Source of the DNA: an uncultured virus (IMG/VR IMGVR_UViG_3300021185_003430)
Taxonomy: Duplodnaviria > Heunggongvirae > Uroviricota > Caudoviricetes
Length of the DNA: 20,000 nt
IMG/VR virus record: IMGVR_UViG_3300021185_003430
Direction: 5' to 3' (one strand)
Shown here: in pieces, positions 16,271-20,000 of the stretch
Layout: each line of letters opens with the position of its first letter
Position numbering within the stretch: position 1 is the first letter of the stretch
Made by a program: the position numbers and the translations under genes
The notes under the pieces: model-generated
Seen by the model: the letters and a program-made list of their open reading frames with translations, nothing else
Database searches by the model: none
What the model was told of the DNA's origin: nothing

Positions 16271-16664
16271 CTTGTCGATTTTCACTATAATGTACATCAA
16301 AAGAACCACCAGGATAGCGACTTTCTAGTTTATGCACATTCTCCTCAATTACTTCGTTTGGGTTTAAATTTAAAGCTCTGCATGCGTTTACCCAATACCA
16401 AATGATATCACCTAATTCACGTTTCATATGAAATATAGTGTCAGGGTTCATTGGTTTACGTTGAAATGTACATTTTTTTACAATCTCACTAAATTCTCCA
16501 CCTTCACTAGCCATACCAGTGCTTGCTGTTAATAATAGTGCTGGATTAACACCACACTCTTCTAGCTCTTTCATTCTTTCATTCAATGCAGTGATTGAAT
16601 TGCTTTCTGAACTTGTTACTTGTTCCACAAATTCTTTATATAAGTTTAGATCTACTACTTTCAT
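16257..16664 (-). CDS. mazG: MazG-like nucleoside triphosphate pyrophosphohydrolase
   Basis: GMASEGGEFSEIVKK and RELGDIIWY (EXXE...EXXD), NVHKLESRYPGG. AGGAG SD. Confidence 0.92.
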   Translation of the reverse strand: MKVVDLNLYKEFVEQVTSSESNSITALNERMKELEECGVNPALLLTASTGMASEGGEFSEIVKKCTFQRKPMNPDTIFHMKRELGDIIWYWVNACRALNLNPNEVIEENVHKLESRYPGGSFDVHYSENRQDGDL

Positions 16665-16685
16665 ACTTTCTCCTGTATTTTAATT

Positions 16686-16714
16686 ATTATATGTTATAAA
16701 TGCCAAGATGTCAA
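16686..16714 (-). promoter_or_regulatory. Perfect consensus sigma70 promoter TTGACA-N17-TATAAT
   Basis: -35 at 16714-16709 and -10 at 16691-16686, directly upstream of mazG. Confidence 0.9.
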
Positions 16715-16718
16715 TAAC

Positions 16719-17462
16719 TTAGTTATTGTGTCTCTCCAAAAAATCTCCTAATTCGCCTTGCTTAAGGTAATTTTCATACAAGTATTCATTTCCATATGTA
16801 TTAAAATGTGAATAGTCTAATAGGAAATTTTCTGTTTTTTCATTCATAAATTCTGTTGCTGTAATATCTTTAAAATTGCTAATATTAGGGCTAGGTGCGT
16901 ACATTTGGGTATGCATATTGTGACTATAATAAAATATTTTTGTATCTAATAATTTTTCATAGTGGGGAAGCATCTTATGCTTGGCATAGTTAGAAAAAAT
17001 ATTAATACTATTTGCATTTGCCATTGTACGTTTATAATACGCTACTACCTGATCATTAATGCCTAGTATGTTAGCTTTTTTTTCATCTATAGTATGATAT
17101 ATTTCTGTGCCTGCATGCAATATACCCATGCACTCGTGTAAAGCAGCAACTTTTACATTGTCCTGGTCTGTTTCTTTAAATTTATATATCGATTCTGGCG
17201 ATTTCTCTAACTTATATCCTTCTCCTAACCAGTGCATTTTCCTGTACATAGGAGGATAATTCATAATTATACAGTCTGCGTCCCAATTAGTTTCTACCAT
17301 CCAGTCTAGCACAAATAACATATAATCTACACTGGATGCAGAAATTGCAAAATTTGTTATTTCACTATTTTGATACTCATGGGCTAGAAAATAAGTATAT
17401 GAGAGTTCGTCTTCTTGGTAGTAATAGTCACTATAACTACACCCTAGAATACTAATTTTCAT
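16719..17462 (-). CDS. SGNH/GDSL-hydrolase-like protein
   Basis: ILGCSYS (block I-like), NFAISASS (block II-like), C-terminal DYSHFNTYGN (DxxH). Confidence 0.6.
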   Translation of the reverse strand: MKISILGCSYSDYYYQEDELSYTYFLAHEYQNSEITNFAISASSVDYMLFVLDWMVETNWDADCIIMNYPPMYRKMHWLGEGYKLEKSPESIYKFKETDQDNVKVAALHECMGILHAGTEIYHTIDEKKANILGINDQVVAYYKRTMANANSINIFSNYAKHKMLPHYEKLLDTKIFYYSHNMHTQMYAPSPNISNFKDITATEFMNEKTENFLLDYSHFNTYGNEYLYENYLKQGELGDFLERHNN

Positions 17463-17463
17463 T

Positions 17464-17847
17464 TTACTTCAAATCTGGAATACTGAGCTTAGTCATATTG
17501 GCTTCTACAGCATCCATATCAAAATTTATACTTTCGCCGCACCCACATGAACTTTGCGCACTTGGATTTACAACTTCTAGTGTTGTACCAAATAAATCCT
17601 GTTTAAGTTCTAGTGTTGTGCCAAACAAGTACATTAAACTCATGCCATCCACTATTAATGTGGAACCATTATCTAGCTCTACTACTTCGTCACTCATGTC
17701 ATCTATTTCGTCCATTGTCACTAAGCCCCAATCGTAGCTAAAACCGGCGCATCCGCCACCTTTAATACTAAGCATTGGGTGTTTGCCGTCATTACTATCG
17801 CTAATTTTCTTTAGATGCTCTGCAGCTTGCTCTGTTACTGTAATCAT
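17464..17847 (-). CDS. iscA: A-type Fe-S cluster carrier (IscA/SufA/HesB family)
   Basis: ITVTEQA, GGGCAGFSY, NPSAQSSCGCGES. Confidence 0.93.
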   Translation of the reverse strand: MITVTEQAAEHLKKISDSNDGKHPMLSIKGGGCAGFSYDWGLVTMDEIDDMSDEVVELDNGSTLIVDGMSLMYLFGTTLELKQDLFGTTLEVVNPSAQSSCGCGESINFDMDAVEANMTKLSIPDLK

Positions 17848-18362
17848 TTTTCTACTCCAAACATTGTAATATAGTCTAGATTAAAATTTGCTGGCATCAA
17901 GTATTCTAGGCTAATTAATGTTGCTGCGCCTACAACTCTTGCACCAGTTTGTTCAACTAGTCTTTTTGTAGCTAATATGCTACCTCCTGTTGCGATAAGA
18001 TCATCTACTAGTATTACTCTACTAGTATGACCTAAAATACCTTCTTGTAACGTTAGCGTATCACTACCGTATTCAAGTTCATATGATTCTTCTAACAGTG
18101 TTCCAGGGTATTTAGCACCTTTTTTCCTTACCATTGTAAAAGGCAGTAACATTTCGTGTGCAAGTGCAGCGCCTACCACAAAGCCTCTGCTTTCTAAACC
18201 AACAATATGTGTAGGACAATCGTCCAAATCCCATGCTTGCTTTGCCATTTTTTCTACAACCATACCCCATGCTGGGCTACTAAACAAACTGTTTACATCA
18301 TAAAAATTCACACCTTCTACTGGATAGTCTGGCACCGTTCGTATATAGTTCTTTAGATTCAT
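17844..18362 (-). CDS. apt: Adenine phosphoribosyltransferase
   Basis: IRTVPDYPVEGVNFYD, GLESRGF, VRKKG, YELEYG, PRPP motif LVDDLIATGGS. Confidence 0.95.
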   Translation of the reverse strand: MNLKNYIRTVPDYPVEGVNFYDVNSLFSSPAWGMVVEKMAKQAWDLDDCPTHIVGLESRGFVVGAALAHEMLLPFTMVRKKGAKYPGTLLEESYELEYGSDTLTLQEGILGHTSRVILVDDLIATGGSILATKRLVEQTGARVVGAATLISLEYLMPANFNLDYITMFGVEK

Positions 18363-19513
18363 TTTAAATATTCCTTGAATTCTGGCACATGATAAATTAG
18401 ACTTTCTTGTCTATTTTCGTCTAACGTTTTGCTATAGGATGCAAAAGCATCAAATTTGTAAAAGTGATCTTCACTGTTCATATATTTAATAATATCTGGG
18501 ACTTTATCTATATGCATATATTTTTCTAGTCTTTCTTCTACCAATAGCTTTAAACGTTTTGGCAATACCTTAATATTTAGATATTCTGGATGGTCTAAAA
18601 TATTAAAGTAAATTTTATTATCAAACTTACCACACCAATCCAAAAACTTATCTAAGTGCAATATATTATACATTTGTACAGTATTGTGTATTTCTATATC
18701 TATATTTTTTAACTGTTGTATAACATTAAAATTTTGTTCTATTTTAAACCAATTGCTAGGATATCTAATATATCTATCAAGCTCTCCCACGGCATCGATA
18801 CTGCAATTTAATTGCAATACTTTAAAATGTGACCAGAGATTAATAAGAGACTTAGGTACGTTAGTTAGATTAGTATTATATTTTAGTTTAATGTTTTTTG
18901 CAAAATCATTATCTATACAATATTGTAACAGCTTAGTTTGCTCTTTAATAATTGTAGGTTCACCACCTGTCAAATATATTTGCTCTACTGTACCTACAAT
19001 ATCAAATAAATTTTCCCATGTTTTTTCTACTTCTGGCCATGTTATATTAGATAATGTTGATATGTCTTCCTGCTCTTGAGGATATACATCTAGCCATTCT
19101 TTTACCCATTGATTACTAGCCCATGGATTGCACATTCTGCACTTTAAATTGCATAGATTGCCAAGTCGTAAATCAATATACTTGATGTCGAAATCAGCAT
19201 TAGCTGAAAATGGTCCTTTAAAGCCCCATTTTTCATTACTGAAAATTCTTGCACTTTTCACACCAGCATCTTCCTCACTAAAGCACCTTTTACACATGCT
19301 AGGACGTATATTATCCAACAGCTCAACACGTACTTTTTGATAGTCTGTACTATTCCATGCTTCTTGTAAATTGTCATTATAAATTGTATACGGACTACCA
19401 TCTTCTTTACGTATAACATTTTTGCTAGGTATACTGTTACAGCAAACCCTCAATTCTCCTTGTGCATTTGTTGCTAAATGCATCCATGGTAGTATACAAA
19501 ACGTTTCACTCAT
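18359..19513 (-). CDS. Radical SAM protein with N-terminal SPASM/twitch-like domain
   Basis: ETFCILPW...VCC...CKRCFSEEDAGVKSAR; LRLGNLCNLKCRMC; LTGGEP; YNTN; SIDAVGELDRYIRYP. Confidence 0.93.
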   Translation of the reverse strand: MSETFCILPWMHLATNAQGELRVCCNSIPSKNVIRKEDGSPYTIYNDNLQEAWNSTDYQKVRVELLDNIRPSMCKRCFSEEDAGVKSARIFSNEKWGFKGPFSANADFDIKYIDLRLGNLCNLKCRMCNPWASNQWVKEWLDVYPQEQEDISTLSNITWPEVEKTWENLFDIVGTVEQIYLTGGEPTIIKEQTKLLQYCIDNDFAKNIKLKYNTNLTNVPKSLINLWSHFKVLQLNCSIDAVGELDRYIRYPSNWFKIEQNFNVIQQLKNIDIEIHNTVQMYNILHLDKFLDWCGKFDNKIYFNILDHPEYLNIKVLPKRLKLLVEERLEKYMHIDKVPDIIKYMNSEDHFYKFDAFASYSKTLDENRQESLIYHVPEFKEYLK

Positions 19514-19784
19514 CTACCACATCAACGTGGATACCACGTACCCATTCATACCACTCCATAGCACGTGATTTGGCCATTACATGATCAGGGTCTTTTGCCC
19601 AATCTGCCACGTCCTCTCTACTGCGCCAAGTGCTTATTGTAATCTCCACATCGCCTATTTCTTCGCTTGTAATGTCAATAAATCCTGGATGCTTTTCTCC
19701 CAGCTCTCGTATATGTTTACTCATAGATACGTACTCTTCATTGAGGTCTTTAATTTTAGCCACAAAGAATACTTTTACTGGCAT
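19506..19784 (-). CDS. Antibiotic biosynthesis monooxygenase (ABM) family dimeric barrel protein
   Basis: HPGFIDI...ITISTWRSREDVADWAKDPDH...WY. Start ATG 19784 or 19796. Confidence 0.8.
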   Translation of the reverse strand: MPVKVFFVAKIKDLNEEYVSMSKHIRELGEKHPGFIDITSEEIGDVEITISTWRSREDVADWAKDPDHVMAKSRAMEWYEWVRGIHVDVVDE

Positions 19785-19909
19785 GTTTGCAACCATTCCA
19801 CTCTTGCATACTGTGCATCAAGATTATCTCTATAATCAATAGCGTCAAATAAACAATCAAATTTACGACAAACTGTATGATCTTTAAAATGTCCAATAAT
19901 TGTAATCAT
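19775..19909 (-). CDS. Small hypothetical protein
   Basis: Likely start MITIIGHF at 19909, forming an ATGA overlap. Confidence 0.6.
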   Translation of the reverse strand: MITIIGHFKDHTVCRKFDCLFDAIDYRDNLDAQYARVEWLQTCQ

Positions 19910-20000
19910 AAGCCTAAACTCCACATCCATATAGGTATTACTACCACGTGCAATAATACACAAATTGTTATCATAAGATAAACTGTAATAAGTTGGGGAT
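19906..20000 (-). CDS. C-terminus of a membrane protein, partial
   Basis: Manual translation ...PQLITVYLMITICVLLHVVVIPIWMWSLGL*, with TGA at 19908-19906. Confidence 0.55.
   Translation of the reverse strand, partial: PQLITVYLMITICVLLHVVVIPIWMWSLGL

Noticed and set aside
630..19842. All plus-strand ORFs in the track (e.g. 11165..11569, 18684..19079)
   Set aside because: They lie antisense to well-supported minus-strand genes, have no recognisable motifs, and read as shadow ORFs.
1..20000. Stop-codon reassignment, CRISPR array, tRNA/rRNA, transposase or intein
   Set aside because: TAA, TAG and TGA all end recognisable genes at the expected positions. Intergenic gaps are too short for arrays or RNA genes, and no such motifs were seen by eye.

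Overview
AT-rich, densely packed window in which every credible gene lies on the minus strand, and many neighbours are linked by ATGA or TAATG stop/start overlaps. It reads as a segment of a large lytic dsDNA bacteriophage genome (T4-like or jumbo type); this is an inference, and no virion genes are present. Gene content: nucleotide metabolism (thyA, DHFR, prs, apt, MazG-like), a clamp-loader ATPase, a DnaE fragment that stops just before the catalytic aspartates, a ClpP/GroES pair, AcpS, a eukaryotic-type phosphomannomutase, a stand-alone HD (p)ppGpp hydrolase, IscA, two twitch-domain radical SAM proteins and many small hypotheticals. Four sigma70-type promoters and one terminator partition the region. 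The most striking element is a three-gene membrane module at 6614-8296: a MotA/TolQ/ExbB-type channel subunit, a single-pass partner with the conserved TM aspartate but an atypical soluble domain, and a third two-TM protein. It looks like a phage-encoded ion-driven stator/motor of unknown function. All calls come from motif recognition by eye; no searches were run.
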